A stretch of DNA of 64,000 bases from Eledone cirrhosa (lineage: Eukaryota), in contig OZ024740.1 in assembly GCA_964016885.1 (NCBI GenBank), positions 43,214,001 through 43,278,000 on the forward strand. Direction: 5' to 3'. The position numbers were made by a program, and so were the translations under genes. A model generated the notes under the pieces. That model had not been told where the DNA came from. It was given only the letters and a program-made list of their open reading frames with translations, and made no database searches. Positions 50,390-64,000 of this stretch are shown here, in pieces. Each line of letters opens with the position of its first letter. Positions within the stretch are counted from its first letter, which is position 1.

Positions 50390-52215
50390 ATCGTTTAATC
50401 ATAATACTTATTTCTACGGTTCTCCATGCAATCGAGATGTCCTTCATGCATTTGCTGTTGATTATGAGAACGGTTTCTTCAGATGAAGATCGATATATTT
50501 GATATGCCGCTAGCAGGAAAACACATATACTAATGCCTGTAAGTCCAGCATACATATGAGTTCCTTGAAGAGTTTGCCAGCCGTCGCGTTTGTTAGAAAA
50601 AGTTATCACCGAAAAAAGGCGGAAAGAACGAAGAACCGTGTGTAACCAAAACCCAGTAGACAGTTGAAGGAACACAAGGATCTCTGAGGGGAGTGAGGTA
50701 TACATTTAGTTGACGACCACTTATAGACAACAACAACAACAACGACAACGACAACTACGGCAACAACGATGACAATAACATCAAACCGCCGACCAAAGTT
50801 ATCCACACTGGTCGCAATAGTCGTGCTGATACCATCACCCTATTGACAGCAAGAACTAAAAAAACAACTACAGTAAAAACACTTACAACGACAACAGCAA
50901 CAAACGACACCAATATCAAAAACACAGACCAGCGTCGTGTATACAGGTCGTAGTCGTCGCAGTGACGGTACCACCGTAAAGGAGGTTAGAGGTAGGTGGG
51001 TACACAGAGTTGGTGTTATCAGTCACCATGACCATAAACAGTAACAACAACAATGACAGCGACAACAAACACCAACACCGCCCATCACCCACATCATTCG
51101 TCGCAGTAGTGGTGGTATCCACTATGTCAGTATTAAGCCATTGGTAACACCAATAACAACAACAAGACCAGCGATGACCCCACCACGGCGACGGCGGCAA
51201 CAGGTAAAATGCCACGCTTCCATGAAAATTAAACTAACCACAATAGTAGTCCGTTGAAACAAGGATGTGAAAATGAGATAGAAAACATAGATGAGTATTT
51301 ATATATATAAAAAAAAACATTCCCAGTTAATACAATCCTCCTCTATCACTGGAAGGCACCAGGCCAGCAATGATCATAGCATTCAGTCCCAACCACAGTG
51401 GCAACAATACTATCAAAATGGCTGTTAGGCCATGGAAGAGAGTTACGGGAAGCGAAAGTAGGAACAGGAACAAATTGAAGAAACAAGAATACATATAAAG
51501 AACACAATAATAAAGGAAAGGGACAGAATACATAAAAAAAACAGCAGTAGGTATATAAACAGAGGAATAGGGAACAAAGGACAAGAAAACAAGTACACAT
51601 AGAGACTCCAGGTGCACAAACAAGATATCCAAGGTTCGCCTGATGCTGGGGTTGCCACGAGGTTATGTCCGGCTTCCACGGACAAGATTGCAAAAGTGTT
51701 CAACTTGCACCACTACGTTGCTAGTCTGTACAGTTTGAGGAAGTTTCCAGAAGATCTGTGGAGGCAGGGGCTGAAGAGGTTACTCCTTTTATTGATAACT
51801 CGAGCTCCCCTCTTGATTATTTCCATAATCTCGGTGGCACATAAATCGCATGAGTCATGTCCATCCTCTCTGTAGGGCTGAGCCGATGCTACCTTGGACC
51901 ACGACATGGTGAATTCTACGTTATCCCGTTTGAGACATCACACTAATTCCGAGAGGGCGGTGCTGTGCTTCTTATCCGCCCTCCTAAAGGGGGAGGGGGG
52001 GCAGTGATTGTACCAGCGTTCCTTAAACTTATTAGCCGTGGCTCCGATATAGGTGAAGGCATGGTTGCTGGTATTCACCCTACATTCATATACTAAGCCA
52101 CTGCCAAAGTAACCTACCCTCCAGGGGGCAGCTACCGGGGTTTCTACAATTACAACCCGGGAGAGTGTTGCCGCCTGTATTACCGGAACGCATTGTGTGA
52201 TTCCCCGGTCTTTCT
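50390..52215 (-). mobile_element. 3' fragment of another Hydra-like PLE: GIY-YIG domain (52215-51713) and probable 3' UTR
   Basis: Manual translation GCNCRNPGSCPLEG / GLVYEC..YIGATANKFKERWYNH / CDLCATE..NKRSNLFSPCLHR; left boundary uncertain. Confidence 0.75.
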
Positions 52216-52223
52216 TATATATA

Positions 52224-52413
52224 TGAAATATGGTAAGATACCAGGTGAACCAAAACGCACCAGAGTACTGGATACTTAAGGTAGTAGAGTGGGTAATAGG
52301 AAAAGATCGGGAGCCCCACGGCAGAGCACCGGCCGTTTCGACAGCTAGATCCGAACGTTCGGATCTAGCTGTCGAAACGGCCGAAGCACTGCCGTCGGTG
52401 TCCTGACTCTTTT

Positions 52414-52417
<4 letters not shown>
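52224..52417 (-). mobile_element. Fold-back element family A, copy 4 (divergent subfamily)
   Basis: Spacerless centre ccgaac|gttcgg; GAAACGGC...GCCGTC kept in the right arm. Confidence 0.75.
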
Positions 52418-52467
<50 letters not shown>

Positions 52468-52602
52468 ACTCGAAAGTGTTTTCTCGTTATTTCATGGGCT
52501 GAAATTCGATTCTCGCTAATTTTTACTTATATATATATATATATATATATAAAATATTATAAAAAGGAATAATAGATACAATATACCTATTTTTTTCTTT
52601 CG

Positions 52603-52693
52603 TCCCAACTGTACAGTTTCGCTGGTCACTATGCAAGAATGTTATATCATAGATATATAACATTGTTGTGAGGTAAGCCAGCTTATCAAGGGA
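52603..52693 (-). ncRNA. Type I hammerhead, U3:A8 core, extended stem II (F7)
   Basis: tccc-TTGATAA-GCTGG...CCAGC-GAAA-CTGTACAG-TT-ggga; within inverted repeat 52548-52923. Confidence 0.75.
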
Positions 52694-53477
52694 GCACCTC
52701 AGGGAAGAGCCCTAACTACATACGTCCGTAGCATGGGAGAAAATCTCAGAAGGCGGAGGGAGACTCTATCACGTGATACACCGGTCAAGAAAGGGGATTA
52801 ATCCCTTGTAGCAGTGAAAATATCTCAGAAGGCGGAGGGAGATATTGATATGATACATAGGCTACAGGGACGAAAGAAAAAAATAGGCATATTGTATCTA
52901 TTATTCCTTTTTATAATATTTTACATAACTCTGATATTGTGTCAATTTAATTATTTCGATTATTTTGTCTCTCATAGTCATAGAGTAACACTGGTTAAGG
53001 TCGACAACATACAATCTCACATACTTGTGAAAAATATATGTTTATATATACATGTATATGTATGTATACACATATATTTGTATACCTCTCATTATATATA
53101 TATAAAGGTTTACATATATATATACATATATACATATACGTGTTTTGCAACGGGTCACTTTGTGGCTCAAAGAAAAGTTAATAAATTAAATAATCAGAGC
53201 TATATATCATAAAACATGTCTATAGAATCACCAGATAAAATATATACCATTTCCTCTGCCAATTAGCATAATTAACCATATAAAAATCGAATATACCAAG
53301 CTATAAGAATAAGGCTTCTATGAAGAAATCTCCAACAAATAACCGAAACCAGCCCTTCGCGCCGGCTGCGACGGAATATTTATCGAATATTTCGACAGCG
53401 TAATCGCCCAGATATACAGTCAATTAAACAGAATTAGGTGTAAAATAAACTAGGAGAAAAGAGAATACATTTATTTA

Positions 53478-53552
53478 CCTCGACCATGGTTTCGTCCGCA
53501 TTTTAAGATATCAGATAGCTTCGGAAGCTTGAGCACCGGACTCTTCAGGAGT
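53478..53552 (-). ncRNA. Type I hammerhead, canonical core (F8)
   Basis: ctc-CTGAAGA-GTCCG...CGGAC-GAAA-CCATGG-TC-gag. Confidence 0.85.
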
Positions 53553-53603
53553 TAGCTCAAATCTAGGAAATGGTATATATTTTATCTGGTGATTCTATAG
53601 ACA

Positions 53604-55022
53604 ACTAACAATACTATCACCCCCACTCCTCCGCCTGCCACGCGCACACCCACCGGTACATATATACACGCACTCACACTATCCACACACCCTACTACCA
53701 CCACTAACCCTCACCCACACATCCACTCCAACCATCCCACAACTAATACACTAACATCCCCCCGACCCCACGTACACGAACACACCCACCCACCCACACC
53801 CAGTTTCACAACCCCTCTACACACCATACCACCACTGACCCCCACTAACACACCAGCATTCAACCATTTCCCCACCACCAGTATACTAACACCCACTAAC
53901 ACCCCCTTCACCACACACACACTCATCCAAACACACACACACCAGTACACTACACTCCCTCAATCATCCCCTACACCTTTTCTCTCCCTCTCCCCGCTCC
54001 ACTCACACCCCTTCACACACACACACACACACACATCTCACTAACACCTCTACTAATACACACCCCATTCCCCCGCATGATCCCCTCTCCACTCCGCCTT
54101 TCACACCTACCCATCCTCTCCTCTGTCCAACGCACCTCCGCATATACTGACACACTGACTTTCTCCACCTGCCATTCTCCTCTACTGCTGCTATGCCTTG
54201 ACCCTCTTACCACTTCTCCTCACACACAGGCTCATAGTCCTCTCCACCTATCATTCTCCTCTACCCTCATCCTGCTTTGACCCTCTGACCACTTCCTAAT
54301 GCGCACTCACCCCACATTTCCCCTTTTCCGACTACCACAACCACGGATTACACACCATTGTCCATCGTTCCCACTATCTACTCCATAACATGGAAAATAT
54401 CCGGCACCCCTTCACACCCTCTACGGAACTACCTTAGGAACTTACCCACGGACTTACACTCACAAAAAAAGTTTCGAACCACGCCACCTACATCCTCAAA
54501 AAGTATAAACACCAACACACACGTGCGTACGCCCACATATATACACACTCAGCCTCCGGAATGCTCTCTCCCCCTCCCCCAACCCTCTGACCGCTCCCCA
54601 TCCATACGCACACACACACCGACCTACACCCAGCCCCCCCCCCACACACACACGTACACCTACACACATACACCATCTTCAGCCCTCCCCGCTCGGACAC
54701 CCCGCCTCCCTCTCCCCACTCGACCAGCCACCACCCCAACACGCCCCACAACCTTCCGCCACTTGTTTATCTTCATGTTTATTTGTATTTTTATTTTTTT
54801 TATTTGTACCCCTTCCACCGTTTTTCCTCCCTTTCCTCCCCCCTTTTTTCTAAATGTCTCTCCTCCACTCCCCTACACATCCTCAGAACTCTCTTCCCAC
54901 CCACCTTTCGCCTGAAGAAGGGGTTATGCCCGAAACGCCCCCCCCCCCACTCTCAAGCGCTTGAAATTAATAAACCTTTGTTTGTACTGCCTCTCTGTTT
55001 TGTTCCCGTTCCATTTTTCACT
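53604..55022 (+). mobile_element. C/A-rich probable PLE 3' region with a decayed hammerhead at 54907-54940
   Basis: CTGAAGA-a-GGG-gttatg-CCC-GAAAC, stem III lost; AATAAA then short (TA)n. Confidence 0.45.
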
Positions 55023-55308
55023 ATATATATATGTTTCACTATTATAACAGCGATGCTGGGTTGTGTGAACCTAACAAGACACTAGGTTGTCTGTATAAAG
55101 TTTAATTAACAAGTTGAAGTTATGTAGAATAGAATTGTTGACATGTCCATGGGTAGATGAAAGAATGAAGTAAAGTTATTTGTTACCGTTTTGAAGTTAG
55201 CTCGCAAGTGACCATGTTAGGGTTGCCATTCGAACGCGCCTGGCCGGGGACGCCTGGCCGAAGGGAGAGGCAGGTAGCAGAGAGTGAGATCGCCCTGACC
55301 TATCCCTT

Positions 55309-55858
55309 AAATTTTTTGAAATTTATTTTGAAACTTTTTCTTATTTGCTAAACCTTGATTATATATGTTCTGGCTCGTTAATTTATTAACCTGCCATAGA
55401 ACCACATTGGCATATGGTTGGATAATACATGTGTCCCTATCGTTTTTTGCTTGTAGGAATATATACTTTATTATTATTATTATTAATCTCCCCCTGGTCG
55501 AGATGAAATCTGGTCGTTTGACTGCTGGTATTTATAGTGGTAGTAGATTTACCTCCCTGCCTCTGTCTCTATCTCTATCTTTGCAGTCGGCACTGGACAG
55601 AATTTCTTCCACATCGTTCATTCTCATCTCGGGAACAATTTTGAATAGCGCCAGTTCGTAATTTGAACTCGCGGGAATTTTATATTCTCTGAGTGAAAAG
55701 AACCTTCTGACGAGAGTTTATCTTTTCAATGGAAGCCCGTAAGGACTGTCCATTTATTTTTGAGACTCGAAACCGATTCGGAAAAGGTAACCATAGTAAG
55801 TACAGTGAATTTTTTGAAATTTATCATGAAACTTTTTCTTATTTGCTAAACTTTGATT
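55309..55858 (+). mobile_element. ~500-bp HHR-bearing unit with ~50-bp terminal direct repeat (F10)
   Basis: aattttttgaaattta..tgaaactttttcttatttgctaaac at 55309 and 55808; HHR 55702-55788. Confidence 0.65.
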
Positions 55859-56016
55859 GTATATATATATATATATATATATACGATAAACATGATGATT
55901 CAACGGGGTTGCATATGCAACGCACCAACAGATAAATAATGATGCAATTCCTTTCAAGCACTCAACATCATTTCTTTTCTTCCAAATATGATTTGTCAGT
56001 CTCTGACTGACTATAT

Positions 56017-56437
56017 GTAGAATAAGGAAAATGCAAATTTCAATGTAGATGTGAAATAGTCCTGTATTAACAAAGCTGTGATATATATTTCAATGACGAT
56101 CGTGGCTACGTGATTATTCAACTAGGTAATTTGTCACGTGATATCATCAGACAGCATATTTATATGTTAAGATTACGCTTCCGAGGCAATCCAATCTAAA
56201 TACAAGGGAAGAGACTTCGGCTGTGAAAATCTCATTTTTGTCCATTCCCTTTGTCTTTAGATTGGTTGCCTCGGAAACGTAACCTTATTGCATAAATATG
56301 CTGCCTGATGATATCGCGTGACCGGTTAGTTGATTCAACAATCACGTAGCTATGATCGTAATTAAAATATGTATCACAGCTTTGTTAATAAAGAACTGTT
56401 TCACATCTATACCGAACATCGCATTTTCCTTACTCTC
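56017..56437. mobile_element. ~420-bp imperfect inverted repeat, MITE-like
   Basis: Arms pair from aaggaaaatgc/gcattttcctt inward to aagggaa/ttccctt. Confidence 0.7.
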
Positions 56438-56514
56438 TCGCTCTCTCTCTTTCTCTCCCCATCTCTCTCTCTCTATATATATGTATATATCTATATCTAT
56501 ACACACACACACGC

Positions 56515-56641
<127 letters not shown>

Positions 56642-56978
56642 TATATATATATATATAAGTATATATATATAAATATATACTTACATAAATATATTCTTAG
56701 AATGAATATATATTAGGCTTCTACATAAACTGGAAAGATTCTCCCAAACTTGTAGAAAACTTATAATGAAACAATTGTTTGGAAAGAGAGATATACTTTA
56801 ACTTTAATTATATCTCATAAAATAATACAACTGGTTTTTCCACATTATACATATTGTTAGCACCCCAAACACTTAAATTGGGTTTATATTTTAATATAAC
56901 CTAATGTTTGTTGAGTGAGATGGTCACCAGTCAGAGTTTAGCTTTAAACTATCTCTGTTATTGTATTAAATATATAAG

Positions 56979-57043
<65 letters not shown>

Positions 57044-57201
57044 ACATATATATATATATATTTTTATATATATATATACGCACACACACACGCGCACATA
57101 GATATACATATACATATATGTATATATATTTATTAAAATAACAGATTAAAGTTTAAGCAAAGAATCGCTGCTTTGGATTTTAGTCTTCAAATTATTAATA
57201 T

Positions 57202-57244
<43 letters not shown>

Positions 57245-57285
57245 TGTATAGTATATTTGGCAATATACCGAAAGAAAGGGGAGAA

Positions 57286-57325
57286 GCTGACAGTCTGTTT
57301 CACGCTGGTTGGTGTTTATCAGAGC
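57286..57325 (-). ncRNA. Hammerhead (F11), G8 mutated; partial plus-strand copy at 57528-57551
   Basis: gct-CTGATAA-acac-caacca-gcgt-GAAA-CAGACTG-TC-agc; partial copy has CTGATGA-ACGC. Confidence 0.6.
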
Positions 57326-57713
57326 CACGCACTTCCCTGCTATTCCGCCGAAAATTATAGAACCTGGATTCTTATAGAATTCCAGTAATAATCAGGAGCT
57401 GATTATATAGAGCGATTGCTGGTCCAACAAAAATTAGTTATTAGGATTGAGTCTCTGAAATAGCGATGTATACATGAATGTATGTATAGTATATTTGGCA
57501 ATATACCAGCGGAAGCAGGGGAGTGCGTGTCTCTGATGAACGCCAACCAGCATCTCTGCCTTCTTTCGCCGAAAAGAAGTAAGTGACATAGACACTACTT
57601 TAAAACTGATAGCGTATGGTCTTCTAAATATATTTAACTAAACATAGTGTATATTGCCCAATATACTATACATACATTCATGTATACATCGCTATTTCAG
57701 AGCACCAATCCTA

Positions 57714-58144
<431 letters not shown>

Positions 58145-58623
58145 ATGTGTGTGTATGTGTGTATGTGTGTGTATATACATATATATGCACATATTATTTG
58201 GTAGATATGGAGGAAGGGATACGTCCGTAGCATAAGTTCTTGGAAATATATTATTAGATATTCTCTAATTATGTTTCAACAACATTGATATTTATTGTCT
58301 CTTTATTATCTTCCCATCACTTTAGTGTCAGGCCGACAGTTTATTGTCAAGATCACTTCAGGAAGCCATAACATTTTTGATTTGACTGTCATGGTTATAA
58401 CATAAAAGGAATTATTAAACAATTAATCAAATATAATTTCTTTTTACTGACAGGAAAATTAACGTGACAATTTAACGGCTTTTACCCTACATCTTACATT
58501 TATGGTTTAGCAGGCTACTGATATAAGGAATATATTCCGATTCCATATCTGCTAGAGAGCGAATCTCTTCTAATATTAAACGACGTATGCACCCCAAAAT
58601 GTACTCAATGCACACCTTATTAA

Positions 58624-59189
58624 ACATATAGATATATATCGATTAAATAATATTGATTCAAAAGTTAAATATTAGCTTAGCATAAAAGATATAAAGAATC
58701 AAATAAAAATGCAGAAAAAATTATTCATATTATTTGTACTTTAAATTTGAAAAATGTGCTATTTTGACGGGTGATGCAATGGTTTCTTTCCTTAGTTAGT
58801 TGTTACCCAATTTGACGGTTATATATGAACTTTATTACGAAGTTGAATTTGTAATTTCTTCTCATTTTGAAATAGAATCTTGCATTTTCATGACACGCCT
58901 AATTACATATAGATATATATCGATTAAATAATATTGATTCAAAAGTTAAATATTAGCTTAGCATAAAAGATATAAAGAATCAAATAAAAATACAGAAAAA
59001 ATTATTCATATTATTTGTACTTTAAATTTGAAAAATGTGCTATTTTGACGGGTGATGCAATGGTTTCTTTCCTTAGTTAGTTGTTACCCAATTTGACGGT
59101 TATATATGAACTTTATTACGAAGTTGAATTTGTAATTTCTTCTCATTTTGAAATAGAATCTTGCATTTTCATGACACGCCTAATTACAT
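58624..59189. repeat. 281-bp tandem duplication
   Basis: Units start at 58624 and 58905, nearly identical. Confidence 0.9.
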
Positions 59190-59394
59190 CTCGCATTACA
59201 TCATTAGTATACCAAGATGCCAAGTCACAGTTTTGGAATCACTACTTTACGTAACTATATCGATTAGAAATAAACAAACCACACAAAATATGACATGAGC
59301 AACTATATAACTGTACGCCTACATTAAGGACATCTAGCAACAGTTCAACATATCACATGATCCACATGACAGGTGCAATGTGTCCGAACACAGA

Positions 59395-59550
59395 AGAGCC
59401 GGGCTCCCACAGCCACGGCGGACAGAAGGGAGAAGGCGTTTCCCCGGAGAATGGCAAGGGAGATGCGCTGTATGAGCCATTCCATCTCGCGAGGCTCACA
59501 GCTGTGGCTGGCCAGCTGAGCGCTGTAGGTAGGGCCAAGTACGGATCGAG
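59395..59550 (-). mobile_element. 3' end of a CRE-like element, second copy
   Basis: EPREMEWLIQRISLAILRGNAFS; homologous to 15880-16060. Confidence 0.6.
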
Positions 59551-60485
59551 CAGCTATAAATAGCAGTGAAACCTCCTTCAAATCTTCTTGAAACTGGAGG
59601 GAAGAATGATAGTAGATAATGTAGGGGATGATAGGATGAATATGATAGGGATGTCTTTAATCAAAGTTCTACTCTGGGAATAAACAACAACAATAAAATC
59701 CTTGCTAGTAACTCGTTATAATATCATCTGGAGAAGAGGTGATGTGTTTTAACTATTTCGTAGAATATAACTTGTATCATTCATATTTATCTTAACCATT
59801 TCATGGCTTAGCATTTTAGCATTTAAACCGGTTGCATGCGACCAGAATTCTCTCGCCTCTTTCTGTTCAAACTGGCTGTGACCGGCTGTTCATACCGATG
59901 TTATGGTATTGTTCTCAAAATAAATAATATCAAAATCTTGTAGATTTAATTTTATGTGAGATTATTATATGAGGTAAAGCCTTTACCGTGAAAACACAAT
60001 AGTATATATAGAGCAGACAAAGATTATAGGGCAGTGTCAATGACCCTTTTCAGATCTTCAGAATAGGAAAGGAAAAGATGTCAGTAAATATGACACGTAT
60101 TGAAACATTATTAAGCAGTGTATCAAGATAGCAACCCATTCTCACACCGGAAACTCTCTGCGGCCCGATGCCCGCAACAGATTATATTAACTTTAACCTT
60201 GAACAACATGGAGTTCTGTTAGGATATGTAACTTGATGACTGACAATTTGCACCATATCCTAGTCCATTATCTCATTGAGAGAGCATATGGTGTAATGTT
60301 CAGTACACTGTAAATAGTAAAAGCAAAAATAACTTCATTTCACATTTTATATATGTCGTTCAAAGGTTGTCATGCTTACTAATTTAAAACATATAAAAGG
60401 AATTGTGTATTCAGTTATTAAACTTATTTCACGTGCCGCCTTCGTTTAAAGGAGATTGTACATACACAGTCACACACGAATACCA

Positions 60486-60551
<66 letters not shown>

Positions 60552-61871
60552 TGTGATGTGTGTGTGTGTGTGTTGTGCTGTGTGTGTATGTGTGTTGTGC
60601 TGTGTGTGTCTGTGTGTCATGCCTAGAATTGGCAATAACGAAAAAGAGTGCTTAATACTATAACCATAGTAAAATCACTTTAATTAAACTAGATAAAATT
60701 CAGATATTGAAGAAACCTTATGTATAGAATATTCTGCTCAGTGATAGAGTGAGGAAGAGAGGAAAAGAGGGGGAAATATTTAGAATAAAGAGAAATAGGT
60801 TTAAAAGAGAAAATATAAAGAAAAGAATAGAAGAAAATTAGAAACACAAAAAGGCTGAAACTTTTGACCCCAAACTACGTGGCCACATTCATGGGATAAT
60901 CCATCATAGCTACATAGAGCGGCTCCCTCTACTATGTGTCAAGTACAGTTCCTCGGGAAATATGTATATTTTCCGAACTATCAGGGCCCCAAGAAACAGT
61001 TCAAAGATCATTATAATAACTATATGACGTTGCTCCGTAACCCATTGAAAAGGACACAAAAAAACATTCCAGTCACGTCTGGAAACTGAATAAGGAATTC
61101 TGTGGAACACAGTATAAGCTAGAAAATTGCGGAAAGCGGCAGACGATATAGCAACGGGAGCGGGAAATGCTGGCTCTGAAGCGCTGAGGGGTGGATAACA
61201 TTGAAGAACTCATAAATGCCAAAAATGAGATGTGGAAAATACTTCTTCGATACTGGCAAACATTTACCAGAGGCGCACGTCACACCAGGAGAGCCTTATC
61301 AAATAGCTGTAAGAAAACAAACACCCACTACGCAGACAAGAAAATCAATTTCCTTTCGCCCACATGTGGGATATCAGACGAAAAGCATGCATCCCACAAA
61401 CCTCCCGTAGATCAGGTAAACAGTCAAAATGTTTTTTCAAAGAAATATTGTGAAGAAGAGGTCGACCGAACAGGAATTTCGACACTAGCAATAGGTAGTA
61501 ACATAATCACTACCATTCCCGTCAATACATCGATTTTCCATGATCATTCGACCCTTTGAAACAATCATAAAACAATGAACTAATAAATTACCTACACCTG
61601 ACTTCTATCTTGTTTCCATTCTTATATACACAAACACATATATCAAACGCATATATATATGACTGTGTAACTTGGACGGCTACATCTTTGAGAAAACCTT
61701 ACGCGTTGATCATCTACTACAAAAACTATTGGCGGCAACACTGTCTAATCTCGCTCTAACGATCTTTCCAAAGATAAATTGAGTTCTAACAACGTTATCA
61801 GCCACTCCACAAGCAGGTGGAATATGATATAGACATGGCCTGGGCCAATACTGGCAGAATCCTATCAAAGT

Positions 61872-62004
<133 letters not shown>

Positions 62005-63594
62005 TTGTGTGTGTTTTATTATTTTATTATTTTCCTTGTTTCATTCTTTAAATAGTGACCATATTGGGACAGTGCTTTTATCTACCTGACCATTTCTGTA
62101 GTTAAAACCCTCATTACTCGAGCTTTTGAAATTCTCATCCACCACCGACGAGGTAACTAAGGAAATCCCACGTGTAAAACATTTAACATTGGATATCCCA
62201 AAATATTATTAGATCATGCTTCAGATCAGCATAACAACAAACTTAGTCACACTCCTACAACCGAAACAGCGCAAAATATTACATATTTCATAATTTGTCT
62301 ACTACAATAATCAAATGCACCCTGATTGTAGAATGAATGAACACGTCATTACAAAAACTTACAAAATAAATAAAAAATTACATGCTTCGATACTAGACAC
62401 AATCTCATATTCAGAATATATTACAAGCACATCAAATTAAAAAAAAAACAACTATACATTAACACACAACCACAGAATGCTAAACCATGAAACGTACTTT
62501 ACATGTCCAGATCGATATATAACATTCACAGTATACATGAAAGTTAACTTGACCAAAATTGTTATACCTTTCACACAAGCACTACACTTTCCCGTTTGTT
62601 AAACAAACACTTAAAAAAGTAAAAATTACTACACATTTCTAAACAGTATATGCAAAAGTATTAGATAAAACTACATTAGTTGATACCACAATTCTAGATA
62701 GAAATTCATGCAAATATTGCGTCCAAAAATGGAGGAGACCACTAATACCAGAATATCAAAAACAATTATTTAAATGAAAGTCCGAAAAAAAACATTTCCA
62801 ATTTAGTACTGGATTCAGTAAATTGTTTACTAGGACGAAAAATAAAAAAAATATATAAATTTCGTTTATCAGCATAACAGAATACTTGTATATAAAAACT
62901 ACATTTACTACGTTATATAGCATTGTCATGTCTACCACCATACGCTACCACTAATAAACCCAGTATCAATTTATCTTCATAAATAATTTATATAAATATA
63001 CAAGCGAAAGAAATAGCAGGTACACGTGGCAGCAGAGAGGCAATATTTGCAATGTTTGACAATTTGAGACACTAAAGTTGATGTTAACAAAATGAATAGT
63101 GTTTGTTCGGAAGTAAAGGATTTGCGTTTTTTGTTCAATTCATCTGTTCATTACCAGAGAAACCATTCACAAATGTTCGTTTCATTTCCCCCTAATTAGC
63201 AAGTAGCCATCTTCATACTGCCTTTTTGATCTCGTGAGCGTAGAAATTCCTTTAGGAAAGTGGTGTGGCAACACTATTTAGAATTTATTATATAAAGTTT
63301 GAGCACGCTGAAAATGTTGAACAGTATCTTTTGAGCTAATTCATTTACGTGTCTGTAATTTCAGATATTTTGGAAATTGACAGAAATAGTACATTATCAT
63401 ATTTTTTTATATTTTCCAACACAATATTTATTGTCAATCCATCTTGTTTTCAAAATCCAGAGGTGTCTCTATTAGCTAATATATTCAGTGTCATTTACTT
63501 CACTCGTCACTTTTGTATGGCCTTTCATTAAATTCACTCTTTAGGCCGGATCACAGAAACACATTTTAAGTAAAGCTACAAATGAACTAAATCG

Positions 63595-63690
63595 TTAAAG
63601 CGTCGGATAGAATGTATTGCGGTATTTATTCCAGCTCTCTGCATGTCGAGTTCAAATCCCGGCAATACTATTTTAAAGTCGATAAAGTAT
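63595..63690 (+). mobile_element. Degenerate tRNA-derived SINE
   Basis: cgtcggatagaatg, gagttcaaatccc, gtcgataaa remnants. Confidence 0.5.
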
Positions 63691-64000
63691 ATCTGATATC
63701 GATTTTGTCTTTACTTCTCCTTAAATTTTACTTGTAATTCAAAGGTCCAGAATTTCATATTTCATCACTCTAACCGAACCTGAGATTGCATTAAGAACAC
63801 ACGTGTCTGTGAAATATCCATTTATTTATGAGTTAATTTCTCAAATTCGAAATTCAATGTCGAACAAGTGAACTCTAATCGACAAGTTCAAAGTGTAATC
63901 AACCGCCATTTATTATCACATATATTCTAAATACGTGTTTCATTAATAATACTATTTTCCGAATTGATCGTAATCCTCCTAACTTTATTGTACCAGGCTG

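Noticed and set aside
51938-51940. Selenocysteine TGA in the PLE endonuclease, as in Naiad elements
   Set aside because: Single TGA at a position that is Trp in the related element (LLWDLK); simple TGG-to-TGA decay in a frameshifted fragment.
56270-56315. GAAA...CTGATGA inside the MITE-like repeat
   Set aside because: No supporting stems; the opposite arm does not keep GAAA.
61191-61559. 122-aa ORF as a host gene
   Set aside because: GTG start, no recognisable domain or splice support; cannot be called without a homology search.

Overview
AT-rich animal DNA, almost entirely retroelements and microsatellites. The SINE family and the (TA)/(CA)/(TACA) tracts suggest an octopus-like cephalopod (inference only). 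I could not support any host protein-coding gene. Main contents: (1) a head-to-tail pair of young ~6.08-kb Tx1/L1-clade non-LTR retrotransposons bounded by (TTA)n, with an intact 1139-aa APE-RT ORF2 in copy 1; (2) several Penelope-like elements (PLEs), including a near-complete RT+GIY-YIG element at 45.7-50.1 kb and fragments at 4.0-6.1, 6.4-8.8 and 50.4-52.2 kb; (3) decayed RTE, R4/Dong and CRE-like LINE pieces and ~10 tRNA-derived SINEs. The main signal outside the ORF track is about 20 type-I hammerhead-ribozyme (HHR) motifs from roughly 11 families. Two or three families carry a compensatory U3:A8 core, some have very long stem II inserts, and most have their own palindromic stem III. A five-copy fold-back element keeps only the 3' half of a hammerhead and turns round in stem II. 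All folds were made by eye and boundaries are approximate.
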